Shown here: positions 19,832 through 29,426 of the stretch, in pieces
Position numbering within the stretch: position 1 is the first letter of the stretch
Layout: each line of letters starts with the position of its first letter
Source: Candidatus Latescibacterota bacterium
GTDB taxonomy: Bacteria > Latescibacterota > UBA2968 > UBA8231
DNA: 64,000 nt
Reading direction: 5' to 3'
Assembly (NCBI GenBank): GCA_965248265.1
Contig: CBDFJF010000002.1
Coordinates: 1,152,001-1,216,000, forward strand
The notes under the pieces: generated by a model
What the model was told of the DNA's origin: nothing
Seen by the model: only the letters and a program-made list of their open reading frames with translations
The model's database searches: none
Program-made: the position numbers and the translations under genes

Positions 19832-19957
19832 AACGTCACGGCCATCCCGACGACTTTCGTGATCGACAAGCAAGGGATCGTGCGCTATACCTACATCGGG
19901 ACGCCTTCGGACATGCTCGTTTTCCAGCAGCACGTCGAGGAGCTGTTGGCGGAATAG
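19832..19957 (+). pseudogene. C-terminal remnant of TlpA/redoxin protein
   Basis: Manual translation NVTAIPTTFVIDKQGIVRYTYIGTPSDMLVFQQHVEELLAE*; no CxxC half upstream. Confidence 0.75.
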
Positions 19958-20002
19958 AGTGTTCTGAGGCTCAAAACCGGGCTCGGGATCCGAGAAGACG
20001 GG

Positions 20003-20236
20003 GTGTGGAAGGCGACACGCTTTATGGCCATCGCCGCCGCTTCAGTGCGCGGCACCGTGGGCACCGGAGACCGCGCCGGGCAACGGCACAGGCGCGTGCT
20101 CAAGGACCCGGCTCAGGCAGTGCGCACGGCGCCTCTGTGCTTTGCCTCCAGAGGGTTCTCACTCCATGCAGCCACCCGAATCGAGAGACGCAACCCCGCC
20201 GCGCTCGAGCAGCGCAAGCTGACGTCAGTACGGTGA
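20003..20236 (+). pseudogene. Internal remnant of IS91-family transposase
   Basis: AASVRGTVGTGDRAGQ..DPAQAVRTAPLCFASRGFSLHAAT matches AASIQGPVATGERSGQ..DPQEGIRTGPLCFASRGFSLLAAT of 4469-5884. Confidence 0.85.
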
Positions 20237-21619
20237 GTCGTCGGTCGTGATCGGGCACCAGCGCGAGGTCAGCAGTTCCTCGTATAGAGCCTCCCTGGCG
20301 TCGTCGGTGTCGATGCGCCTGAGGGCGACGCCGGCGTTAAAACGGACGTACCGGCTCTCGTCACGCAGCGCCACGACGAGGGAGGGTACGGCGGCGCCGG
20401 CATCAGGTCCGATCTTGGCGAGTGCCCGGGCGGCATTGTCGCGGATCCACTCCAGTTCATCCGACAACAGCTGTCCGAGGGCGGGTACCGTTTCGGGAGC
20501 AGGTTTGCCAATCGCACCAAGCGCTTCGGTGGCGTTGCGCCGGACCCAGTCCGAGCTGTCGCTCAATGCTCGGGTCAGCGCCTCGACAGCCTCGGGTGAA
20601 CGATCACCGGGTGGAATATCGCCGAGGGCGTACGCCGCGCAGGCGCGGATGGTGCTGTCGTCGTTTTCCAGAGCCGCGATGAGTGCCGGGGCGGCCGACT
20701 CGCCGGCGGCGGCAAGGGCAAAAGCGGCCGGATGCGAACCGTCCTCGCGGCTGCCGTCGAGGGCTTCGATGAGCGGCGGCACGGCGGACGCGCCACACGA
20801 GCCAAGGGTGTAGGCGGCATCGAGTCTGACCGCTTCATCCTCGTCGGCCAGAGAAGCCACAAGCTCTTCCACCTTCTCGCGATCGTCCGTCGATTCACTG
20901 CCGTCATTCCCCGAGCCGCGGTTCCAGTCCCAGAGTTCACTATACACTCGATCCAACTCGTCGACCGCGCCTGAGGGCGACTGCCAGTGAGCAGCTTCGT
21001 TGTTCCAGGAGGGTGAATGCGGCTCCTCGAGGCGTGTAAAGAGGAATTTCAGCATGTAACGTTCTTGGTCGCTCGCATTCGGGGTGGCACCGTGCCATAG
21101 ATCGTAGTGAACGATCGCAACGGTTCCGGCCTCTCCGCACAGCGGTAGTTCCGGTCTTAGGTGAGCGCGTTCCCCGGTGTCATAGTACTGTGACGCGGGC
21201 AGGATGGCCGTTGGCCCCATGTCGACGGTCGTATCCTGAGGATAGTAGAACGCCATCGCCCAGCGGCAGCGGTGGTGGCGCACCTGTTCATCACCCTCAT
21301 ACGAGTCTTTGTGCATGTCCTGGCCCTTGGAACCGGGCCGGTTGGTGTGACAGTAACGGTGGGTGTGCATGACGTAACCGGGGCCGAGGATGCTCGTCAG
21401 CGCGCCGTGAACGGCAGGGTCGTCGAAGACCTGCTGGATCTCCGGTATGAGGGGCAGGAGGTTGTTGCCGAGCGACCCGTGTCGCGGGACGAGGTCCTGC
21501 AGGCGACTGTGAATGCCCTCGTGCAGAGATCGGGCCAAGTCCGGCTTCACAAGCAGGTATCCATCAACCACGAACCGTTTCATCCCCTCGTCATCGAGCA
21601 GCAATCCATTGTCCGCCAT
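20225..21619 (-). CDS. PhyH dioxygenase fused to HEAT/PBS-lyase repeats (copy B)
   Basis: MHKDS, RWAMAFYYPQDT, HYDLWHG; repeats such as VRRNATEALGAIG; paralog of 17308-18669. Confidence 0.9.
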   Translation of the reverse strand: MADNGLLLDDEGMKRFVVDGYLLVKPDLARSLHEGIHSRLQDLVPRHGSLGNNLLPLIPEIQQVFDDPAVHGALTSILGPGYVMHTHRYCHTNRPGSKGQDMHKDSYEGDEQVRHHRCRWAMAFYYPQDTTVDMGPTAILPASQYYDTGERAHLRPELPLCGEAGTVAIVHYDLWHGATPNASDQERYMLKFLFTRLEEPHSPSWNNEAAHWQSPSGAVDELDRVYSELWDWNRGSGNDGSESTDDREKVEELVASLADEDEAVRLDAAYTLGSCGASAVPPLIEALDGSREDGSHPAAFALAAAGESAAPALIAALENDDSTIRACAAYALGDIPPGDRSPEAVEALTRALSDSSDWVRRNATEALGAIGKPAPETVPALGQLLSDELEWIRDNAARALAKIGPDAGAAVPSLVVALRDESRYVRFNAGVALRRIDTDDAREALYEELLTSRWCPITTDDSPY

Positions 21620-21906
21620 GTCAACTCGCCTCCGGTCTCTCTGTAACTGGTTTGTCCCCCGCACCGGGCAAGGGGGGCTTGGCGCGACCGGCAGCTTCCT
21701 TCTCGATGAGCTCGTCGATGTCAGCGTAGGCGTACACAGTTGGCGCCATGTTCTGCATGAGCCGCCCGTATCCACAGGTCTCTGGGGAGGATAGGGAAGG
21801 CAGCTGTGCCGGTCGAGTTGACGTCATCGCCAGCCTGGCTTCAGTTTGAGGCATCGGAAGCGGCACGGCCGCATCGGTCACCGGAATCAGTTGCGAGGAT
21901 CAGAAG

Positions 21907-22680
21907 ATGGGCGAGCGCAAAAAGGTATTCATCACAGGAGCCTGCGGCAGGGTTGGCACCGCTCTCAGCGAACGGCTGCGGAGCCGATACGACCTGAAGT
22001 TGCTGTACCATCCCTCCCGGATTCCCGAAAACCGCAATGAAGCTGACGATGTGGTGGTGTCGGACATGAACGATTTCGATGCCATGGTGGAGGCCGCGGC
22101 GGGAATGGATGCCATTGTTCATCTCGCCCTCTCCAAGGGCAGGGAGGGGGACACTCCACTGCAGCGGTCCCGGGTTACCGTCGACGAGAACATTCCCGGT
22201 GACTTCAATATCTTCGAAGCGGCAAGAATCAATTCGGTGCCGACGATCGTCTACGCCAGCACCAACCACGTGAGCGGCCGGTACGAGAATGATGGAGTGC
22301 TGTCCCGCGCGGACGCGCCGATAAGACCCGATGGCGTGTACGGCGCCGGCAAGGCCTTTGGGGAAGCGTTGGGTCGCTTCTACTCAGAGGGTCACGGAAT
22401 CCGGGTACTCTGTTTGCGCATCGCCAATTGTCCGGGGGCGGGAAGCGATGAGCCGGGTAATCCCTACGAACCGGGGTTCTCCAGGTGGCTGAGCAACCGG
22501 GACGCGGCCCAGTTGGTATGGCGGTGTATCGAAACGGAAGAGGTGAGGTTCGGCATTTTCTACGGCGTGTCCCTGGGCGGCGAGAAAAAATTCGATCTGT
22601 CGAATGCCCGGGAGATACTCGGGTACGAACCGGAAGACGACGGCTCGCTGGCTGAATACCGAAATAAGTACAGCTGCTGA
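21907..22680 (+). CDS. NAD-dependent epimerase/dehydratase, uronate-dehydrogenase-like
   Basis: ITGACGRVG, YASTNHV, RPDGVYGAGK, LCLRI, WLSNRD, LGYEPEDD. Confidence 0.88.
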   Translation: MGERKKVFITGACGRVGTALSERLRSRYDLKLLYHPSRIPENRNEADDVVVSDMNDFDAMVEAAAGMDAIVHLALSKGREGDTPLQRSRVTVDENIPGDFNIFEAARINSVPTIVYASTNHVSGRYENDGVLSRADAPIRPDGVYGAGKAFGEALGRFYSEGHGIRVLCLRIANCPGAGSDEPGNPYEPGFSRWLSNRDAAQLVWRCIETEEVRFGIFYGVSLGGEKKFDLSNAREILGYEPEDDGSLAEYRNKYSC

Positions 22681-22692
22681 AAGGCCAAGTCC

Positions 22693-23805
22693 ATGAAGAT
22701 TGAACGGATTGAAGTCAGGTCGGTTGCTCCCCCGACAGAGCAGTTCACCTGGTCTCACAATCTGCCGGACCAGTTCGCCACTAATACGGTTTTGCGCTTG
22801 TACACGGACGAAGGTGTCGAGGGGGTTTCCGGCGTATTCAACGCCACGTCCTACGGGTTCGAGAAATACACGGCCGAGGCCATTCGCCACATCGCCCCCA
22901 TTCTGATAGGGCGGAATCCATTAGAGCGGGAAGCGCTGTGGCGCGACATCCGCCCCCGGGTGTTCCCTGTACCGCCCCAGGCGCTGGCCTCAATCGACAT
23001 TGCGCTGTGGGATCTGGCCGGACGGGTAGCCGGGATGCCGCTGTATCAATTGCTGGGCGGAGCGCGAGACCGGATTCGCTCCTACGCGAGCACTCCCATG
23101 CTCGAGGATATCCCGGCCTATCTGAAGTCTGTCGAGGGTCTTTTGAAAGAAGGCTACACCGCGGTCAAATTCCATACCTGGTGCGTCCCGGACAAGGACC
23201 ACGAGCTGGCCAAAGCCGTTGCCCGTGAATTCGACACCGCCAACATCGATTTCATGCTCGACGTGGAGAACAACTACGATCGTGGCAGCTCGTTGAGCGT
23301 CGCCAGGGGGATCGAAGATCTCGGATTCACCTGGTTCGAGGCGCCCCTGCCCGATTGGGATCTCGACGGCTACCGCGAACTAACCCGCAGCACCTCCATC
23401 CCCGTACTGCCATCGGGCAACTGGTTCATGGACCTGATGACATTCAACGAGGCGATCGCGTCCAAGGCCTGGCGATCGGCTCGCACCGACGCGCACATGA
23501 TGGGCGGCATCACGCAGACCCAGAAGGCCATCACCCTGACGGAAGCTGCCGGCATCAATTGCGAGCTGATGTCATGGGGGTACAGCCTGAACTCGGCCGC
23601 GAACCTCCACCTGATGCTGGCTCACGACAACTGCTCCTTCTACGAGCACTCGGTTCCTCAGAAGCCATACGAGTTCGGCATGCACGATGTCATTCGCTCG
23701 GATGCGAACGGTTACGTCCACGCCCCGCAAAAACCCGGCCTCGGTCTGGATGTAAACTGGGATGAGATGCAGTCGGCGACGTTCCACGAATTCGTCATCG
23801 AATAG
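22693..23805 (+). CDS. Mandelate racemase/muconate lactonizing enzyme family
   Basis: DIALWDLAGR..PLYQLLGG, FMLD, WFEAP, PGLGL. Confidence 0.92.
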   Translation: MKIERIEVRSVAPPTEQFTWSHNLPDQFATNTVLRLYTDEGVEGVSGVFNATSYGFEKYTAEAIRHIAPILIGRNPLEREALWRDIRPRVFPVPPQALASIDIALWDLAGRVAGMPLYQLLGGARDRIRSYASTPMLEDIPAYLKSVEGLLKEGYTAVKFHTWCVPDKDHELAKAVAREFDTANIDFMLDVENNYDRGSSLSVARGIEDLGFTWFEAPLPDWDLDGYRELTRSTSIPVLPSGNWFMDLMTFNEAIASKAWRSARTDAHMMGGITQTQKAITLTEAAGINCELMSWGYSLNSAANLHLMLAHDNCSFYEHSVPQKPYEFGMHDVIRSDANGYVHAPQKPGLGLDVNWDEMQSATFHEFVIE

Positions 23806-23852
23806 CCTCCCGATCGCTGCAGGTTAATGCGGTCAACGACTACACATAACAC

Positions 23853-25856
23853 CTACAGGAATGGGATCGGGGGGCTGTCGCCGTGCCACGGAAAGGCGTA
23901 AGTCGGTTGATTGGCGAAGCGACGCATCCTTATATCCAGCTTGACAGAGGTAGAGGGCAACAGGTTTACCGCGAAATACTTGCCGTCAACGGGCACTGAT
24001 GCCTCGGACAGTGGCCAGTCCTGGCGCTGCCATGTCGCGGGGTTGGGGCCCAGATCCTCCCTGCTTTGTCTGGTATAGGCGACGGCGGCGACCTGGTGCT
24101 CTGCGAACGCCCCGGCCTGCACGATCACGCGCCTGCCCTCGGTATTGCTCAGGTTGACCAGATGCACGCCGGCGCTGCTCTCATCCAGCGCGGTGACCAG
24201 CGCGGCGACGTCGGGAGGCAGACCGGGCCGTCCCCGGTCGCGGTCGAAGTAACGGACTCGCGCTCGGAGCAGGCCGCCCCGGTAAATGTTCTGCGGCGTT
24301 CCCATCGTCACCTCGATGAGGCCCTTCGAAATGCACGGATTGGGTGGCCAGAACGCATTCTGAGCCCTGGTCTCCAGGTCTCTGGGGTCCTCCCGCATCG
24401 CTTGCAGGTGCCGGACGACGCAATCGTATTCGGCCCGCAGCATATCTTCCGGCCAGCTCGGGTTGACACCGTCGTAGTACTGGAATCGCGCGCGCTCAGA
24501 CTCGCCGGCCCCTTTGTCGCTGCCGCTTTGAGCCTGGTTCCAGTCGACGGTCTTGGTGTTGTTGCGAATGTGGGTGATCAACTCGTAGTCAGCCTGGTCC
24601 ATCGAGGCATGCCAGAGGTGGGCGAGGTCGCGGATGTTCATCGGTTTGAAGTCGGACCAGCCGTCGCGTCCGTAGCGGTATGGAACGCGTAACTCGCCGT
24701 CTTCCGTGATCGCCTGGTCGATGAGGAGTTTGAGTTGGGAGCGCAGCAGATCAAGATAGCCGTCGTCGCCAGTTAACAGCTGGGCGCACTCGGCTGCTAC
24801 ACACAGCGAGCCCATGAGTAGATCACCGGCGCCGGCCCGACCGCAGTCCCAGCCCCAGGCCCCGCCCCACGGCTGGCCGTCGCGCTGCTCGCCGATCTTG
24901 CCTGTTGGACCGACGTTGTCCGGTATCATGCCGTCGTTTTGCTTCATCCGGTCCGTCCACGCCTCCACGTAGTCGAGGACCCACTGTTTGTAGCGGTCGT
25001 GACCGGTGTACAGGTACGCGTTGGTGACCAGCCCGGTGGCGTTGAGGTTCATCGGGATGTCGCCGTTGAGCACTGTCCGGTCGAACAGCTCACTGATCTC
25101 ATTCTTTCGCCCTTCATCACGGTCCCAGTCATCCTCGAGGTTCGCGACTGCGGGGTAGAGGGTCGTCATCGTGGGCGGTGGACCGGGTGGTTTGACCGCG
25201 GCGCGGCGGTAACCGCCCGTTGGGCCGAGCATTTTCTTGGCGAACTCAACGTCGACGTGGAACAGCGGCCCCCGGCTACCGGTGAGAGGCGAGCGGATCA
25301 CGCGGTGGCTCTCGTCGTAGTTGGGCGCCTCGGGGTCGTCCCCGGTGTACATGTCGGCGAACCTCATGGCGCGACGGGCGTTCTCCGGGATACCGGGAGC
25401 GGCGACGCCGAAATCGTAGAACGGCTGGTTGCCTTCGCCCATGTGGAACCAGTCGCAGTCGTCCGGGTCAGCGGCGTTGTAGTACTCGTTGTGTATCTGA
25501 GCGAGGTATCTCTTGTGGTGGATCGGATCGCCCGTCTTGACGACGATGCCGTCGTCGTAAAAGCGGGTCGTGGCATTCCAGTCCTGCAGCGCCAGGTCGA
25601 GAAAGCTGTCCCGGGCGCCGATGTAGTAGAGCTGGGCGCGCCCGGAGCGGGTCTCGTAGGCGTCATCGAGGGTGGAGGTGTAGAACTGGCCGCCGCCCGG
25701 ATAGGTGTACTTTTCATTGAAAAATTCGACGGCGTCTTCAATCGTGTGGACGAGCCGGCGCTGCAGGAGGGCCCATGCAGGCGGTGGCTCAACGACGGAC
25801 GCGGTGATTTCGGCCATTCCGGGAAGGGAGACTGCAGAAGCTGTCGTTGTTTTCAT
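23853..25856 (-). CDS. Large conserved protein of unknown function (paralog A)
   Basis: GAGGAG RBS; shares blocks with 25964-27883 (QIHNEYYN, WFHxGEGN, PDNVGPTG, RPGLPPDVAALV). Confidence 0.88.
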   Translation of the reverse strand: MKTTTASAVSLPGMAEITASVVEPPPAWALLQRRLVHTIEDAVEFFNEKYTYPGGGQFYTSTLDDAYETRSGRAQLYYIGARDSFLDLALQDWNATTRFYDDGIVVKTGDPIHHKRYLAQIHNEYYNAADPDDCDWFHMGEGNQPFYDFGVAAPGIPENARRAMRFADMYTGDDPEAPNYDESHRVIRSPLTGSRGPLFHVDVEFAKKMLGPTGGYRRAAVKPPGPPPTMTTLYPAVANLEDDWDRDEGRKNEISELFDRTVLNGDIPMNLNATGLVTNAYLYTGHDRYKQWVLDYVEAWTDRMKQNDGMIPDNVGPTGKIGEQRDGQPWGGAWGWDCGRAGAGDLLMGSLCVAAECAQLLTGDDGYLDLLRSQLKLLIDQAITEDGELRVPYRYGRDGWSDFKPMNIRDLAHLWHASMDQADYELITHIRNNTKTVDWNQAQSGSDKGAGESERARFQYYDGVNPSWPEDMLRAEYDCVVRHLQAMREDPRDLETRAQNAFWPPNPCISKGLIEVTMGTPQNIYRGGLLRARVRYFDRDRGRPGLPPDVAALVTALDESSAGVHLVNLSNTEGRRVIVQAGAFAEHQVAAVAYTRQSREDLGPNPATWQRQDWPLSEASVPVDGKYFAVNLLPSTSVKLDIRMRRFANQPTYAFPWHGDSPPIPFL

Positions 25857-25963
25857 TTTTAGGCTCCTCATGCTCAAATCTCGTCCTCAAGATACAGTTG
25901 TGATATACTTCCCCCAGCAGGTATCACGTCGTAACCAGTCAGCGTGTGAATTGGAGATGCTGA

Positions 25964-27883
25964 ATGATGATCCCCGGGTTGGTCGAAGTCAAGGCGACAC
26001 AAGTTTCACCACCCCCTGGTTGGGCGCTGCTGGAACGCCAGCTGATGACGCTGATGGAAGGCGCCGTCGGGCCAATGGTCGACAAGTACGCCGAGAAGGG
26101 CGGAGCCTTCTACTTTGCCGACGACGTCGACGACCTCTACGAAAGGGTGTACAACTGGGGCCTGTTCTACGCCATGGGGGCGGATAGGCAGGTCCTCGAC
26201 CTGGCCCTGCAACAGTGGAATGCGACGACCCGTTTCCATGCGGACGACATCGTCAGCCGTGTCCACAAGCGTTTCCACCCGCAGATTCACAATGAGTACT
26301 ACAACCATGCAGTCCCCGGTGCGGCCGAATGGTTTCACCAGGGCGAGGGCAACATGGCCTTCTACCATTTCGGCCTGGCCGATCCGACGATCTCGGAGAA
26401 CGTTCGTCGCGCCAAACGATTTGCCGCCATGTTCACGGGCGAGAACCCCGAGGTCCCCAACTACGATCCAGAACACCGGGTTTTCCGCAGTCCGATCCAG
26501 ACCGGTGCCGGACCCTACACCCACACCAGCCTCGAACACGCGATCTCGTGGCTTCAGGGGGGGATACCGAGCATCGGTGAGGTGTATCGCTGGTACGGCG
26601 TGCGGGCTACCCTCGATCCGGTCGTCAAGGACCTGGAGCCTGACTGGACGGAAAACCCGGAGCGCCGGGACGAGATCCTGAAGCTGTTCGATCATGTCGT
26701 CCTCAATGGCGATGTGGCTCACAGCCTCGGCGCGACCGCCCTCATCACCAACGCCTACCTCTACACCGGCGAGGAGAAGTACAAACAGTGGGTTCTCGAT
26801 TACACTGAGGCCTGGTTGGATCGCATGCGGCGCAACGGTGGCATCATGCCGGACAACGTTGGACCAACCGGGCAGATCGGCGAGAACCGGAATGGCCAGT
26901 GGTGGGGCGGGCTCTATGGCTGGAACAGCTTCGTCGGCTACGGCATCATGTTCAGCGGGCTGACGATTGGGGCTGAGTGCGCCGTCTTGCTCTCCGGAGA
27001 CTTTGGCTATCTGGAACTGCTGCGCTCGCAGATCAAGGTCCTCATCGACAACGCCATGACTCGCGAGGACGGTCATCTCATTCCACCGGCGCGCTATGGC
27101 CCCGACGGCTGGTCGTATCATATGGGCCATCCGGATCCGGAGAAGGGGAGGACGCAGCCATTTCGCCTGCAGGAACCGACTCACCTCTACCACATCTCAA
27201 TGGCCAGCGAAGACTACGACCTCATCGTCAGGATACGGGACGGGGACAAAGAGCGCGATTGGAATCACGTGCCGGTCGCCGGCGAGAAGAGCGCCGGTGA
27301 CACGGAGCTGGCCCGCTTCCAGTACTACGACGGCAGGAATCCAGACTGGCCGATGAAGATCCTGCAGGCCGAGTACGAGAATGCCCGGACCAACGTCGAC
27401 AAGATTCAGAACGAAACCCGCGATGCCAAGACCCTGATCGAGGACAACCCCTCTTCCCCCAATCCGGTTTTTACGAAGGGATTGACCCAGGTGACGATGG
27501 GTGCTCCGCACTCCGTGTACACGGGAGGACTGTTGCGCGCGACGGTGCGCTACTTCGATTCAGACCGCACGCGACCCGGCCTGCCACCCGACGTGGCCGC
27601 CCTGGTCGACAAGCTGGGCGCCGACAGCGCCGGTGTTCAACTGGTCAATCTGAATACCAGCGAGACGCGGAACTTGATCGTGCAGGCCGGAGCGTTTGGC
27701 GAGCACGAGTTCGTCGACGTGACCCATGACGATCAGACGGTCAAGGTGGCGTCGCAGTATTTTGCCGTCCAACTGCCACCCGCCTCGTCCATCCGGCTGG
27801 ACGTGGGCATGAAGCGCTTCGCACACCGTCCCACGTATTCTTTCCCCTGGCACGGGGATGAGATCCCGGTGCCGTACCAATAA
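25964..27883 (+). CDS. Large conserved protein of unknown function (paralog B)
   Basis: 639-aa ORF, colinear similarity to paralog A over its full length. Confidence 0.88.
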   Translation: MMIPGLVEVKATQVSPPPGWALLERQLMTLMEGAVGPMVDKYAEKGGAFYFADDVDDLYERVYNWGLFYAMGADRQVLDLALQQWNATTRFHADDIVSRVHKRFHPQIHNEYYNHAVPGAAEWFHQGEGNMAFYHFGLADPTISENVRRAKRFAAMFTGENPEVPNYDPEHRVFRSPIQTGAGPYTHTSLEHAISWLQGGIPSIGEVYRWYGVRATLDPVVKDLEPDWTENPERRDEILKLFDHVVLNGDVAHSLGATALITNAYLYTGEEKYKQWVLDYTEAWLDRMRRNGGIMPDNVGPTGQIGENRNGQWWGGLYGWNSFVGYGIMFSGLTIGAECAVLLSGDFGYLELLRSQIKVLIDNAMTREDGHLIPPARYGPDGWSYHMGHPDPEKGRTQPFRLQEPTHLYHISMASEDYDLIVRIRDGDKERDWNHVPVAGEKSAGDTELARFQYYDGRNPDWPMKILQAEYENARTNVDKIQNETRDAKTLIEDNPSSPNPVFTKGLTQVTMGAPHSVYTGGLLRATVRYFDSDRTRPGLPPDVAALVDKLGADSAGVQLVNLNTSETRNLIVQAGAFGEHEFVDVTHDDQTVKVASQYFAVQLPPASSIRLDVGMKRFAHRPTYSFPWHGDEIPVPYQ

Positions 27884-27914
27884 CCGACGCCGTACCGGCA
27901 ACCGAGAGGAAACG

Positions 27915-29150
27915 ATGAGCGATTCGAAGATCCGTGATGTGCGGGCCATTATCACGCATCCACCTGGCGCGCGTACCCTCACCGTCGTCAAGGTGGAGAC
28001 CGATGAGCCGGAACTCTACGGCCTGGGATGTGCCTCATTCTGCACACGACCGACGGCTGTGGCCGCTGCGGTGGACGATTACCTGAAGCCCTTTCTGATC
28101 GGCAAAGACCCTGGTGATATCGAAGACATATGGCAGTCGTGTTACATGTCCTCCTATTGGCGCAACGGACCCGTCCTCAACAATGCCATCAGCGGCGTGG
28201 ACCAGGCGTTGTGGGACATCAAGGGCAAGGTAGCGGGGATGCCGGTGTACGAACTGTTCGGCGGTAAATCCAGGGAAGCTGCGGCCGTTTACGTGAGCCC
28301 CCGGGGGCAAGACCGCGCGGAGCGCGAAGAGCACACCCGGGAGCTTTTGGAACAGGGCTTCCACCACATCAAGTTCGGCTGGGGAAGCACGATGGCGGAA
28401 GAGGATACGGAGTACTACCAGCGAACCGTCATTACCAAAAAGGCCTCCATCGACGGCGGCGGCATCATCGAAGCGACATCGATCTGCCGTAATATCGTCA
28501 AGGCCTTCGAGGAGTTCCGGGAGACCCACGGCCCGAACCCGGAGATACTCCTCGATGTCAAATCGCCGATGCCGCCTATCCAGGGCCTGGCATTGGCCAA
28601 GGACGTGGAGCAGTACAAGCCCTACTTCCTGGAGGACCTTTTTGCTCCCGAGGACAACGACTATTTCCGCCTGGTGCGGGAGCAGACGAGCACGCCGATG
28701 GCCATGGGTGAGCTCTACAGCAATCCCCATGAAGTCATCCCGGTGATCAAAGACCGGCTGATCGACTTCCTCCGGCTGCACATTTCGACGATCGGCGGGC
28801 TGACGCCTGCACGCAAGCTGGCCGCGCTGTGCGAAGCCTTCAACGTCCGCACTGCCTGGCACGGCTCGGCCGATGTCTCGCCTGTCGGGCACGCCGCCAA
28901 TCGCATGCTGGACATGAATGTGTGGAATTTCGGCGTTCAGGAGGCTTCGTGTTACCTGAGCACCCATGAAACCTTGAAGGAGGTGTTTCCGGGTGTACCT
29001 GAAGTACGCAATGGCTACATGTGGCCGAGTGGCAAACCCGGTTTGGGGGTGGATATCAACGAGGAGCTGGCTGCCAAGTATCCACTAACAGATACGCGTC
29101 TTCGGGAAGACGCCGCACGGCGTCCTGACGGCACTGTGACCAGGCCCTAG
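27915..29150 (+). CDS. Enolase superfamily, mannonate dehydratase/RspA subgroup
   Basis: IEDIWQ..SSYWRNGPVLNNAISGVDQALWDIKGK, FLED, MGEL, TAWHG..DVSPVGHAA. Confidence 0.9.
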   Translation: MSDSKIRDVRAIITHPPGARTLTVVKVETDEPELYGLGCASFCTRPTAVAAAVDDYLKPFLIGKDPGDIEDIWQSCYMSSYWRNGPVLNNAISGVDQALWDIKGKVAGMPVYELFGGKSREAAAVYVSPRGQDRAEREEHTRELLEQGFHHIKFGWGSTMAEEDTEYYQRTVITKKASIDGGGIIEATSICRNIVKAFEEFRETHGPNPEILLDVKSPMPPIQGLALAKDVEQYKPYFLEDLFAPEDNDYFRLVREQTSTPMAMGELYSNPHEVIPVIKDRLIDFLRLHISTIGGLTPARKLAALCEAFNVRTAWHGSADVSPVGHAANRMLDMNVWNFGVQEASCYLSTHETLKEVFPGVPEVRNGYMWPSGKPGLGVDINEELAAKYPLTDTRLREDAARRPDGTVTRP

Positions 29151-29187
29151 TTGCGGGGGAATTGACATGGCACCCGGCTTGACGTAT

Positions 29188-29201
29188 CTTGACATGTCAA
29201 G
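29188..29201. promoter_or_regulatory. Perfect 14-bp palindrome, probable operator of the Doc-type TA pair
   Basis: CTTGACATGTCAAG 12 bp before the antitoxin ATG; extra TTGAC boxes at 29162 and 29179. Confidence 0.6.
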
Positions 29202-29213
29202 CAAGGGGGCGTC

Positions 29214-29426
29214 ATGGCTGCTACGAAAATCAGTTCCAAAGTCGAAGAATCCGTCTGGAAGGACCTCCAGCAACTGGCGGGGGAGTCCCACCAGAGCATT
29301 TCGGGGCTTCTCACTGAAGCCATTCGCGAATACGTCCAGCGACGGCGCGTACGTCCGGAGGTGCTTCGACATCTGGATTCCTCGATTGCAGAAAACGAGG
29401 AGTTGGGCCGGCGACTTGCCCAGTGA
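29214..29426 (+). CDS. Small ribbon-helix-helix-like antitoxin
   Basis: 70 aa, KISSKV..SISGLLTEAIREYV..ENEELGRRLA, directly upstream of Doc. Confidence 0.78.
   Translation: MAATKISSKVEESVWKDLQQLAGESHQSISGLLTEAIREYVQRRRVRPEVLRHLDSSIAENEELGRRLAQ

Noticed and set aside
21621-21881. Small ORF ending just before PhyH-HEAT copy B
   Set aside because: May be the 3' remnant of a lost gene, but no family could be assigned.
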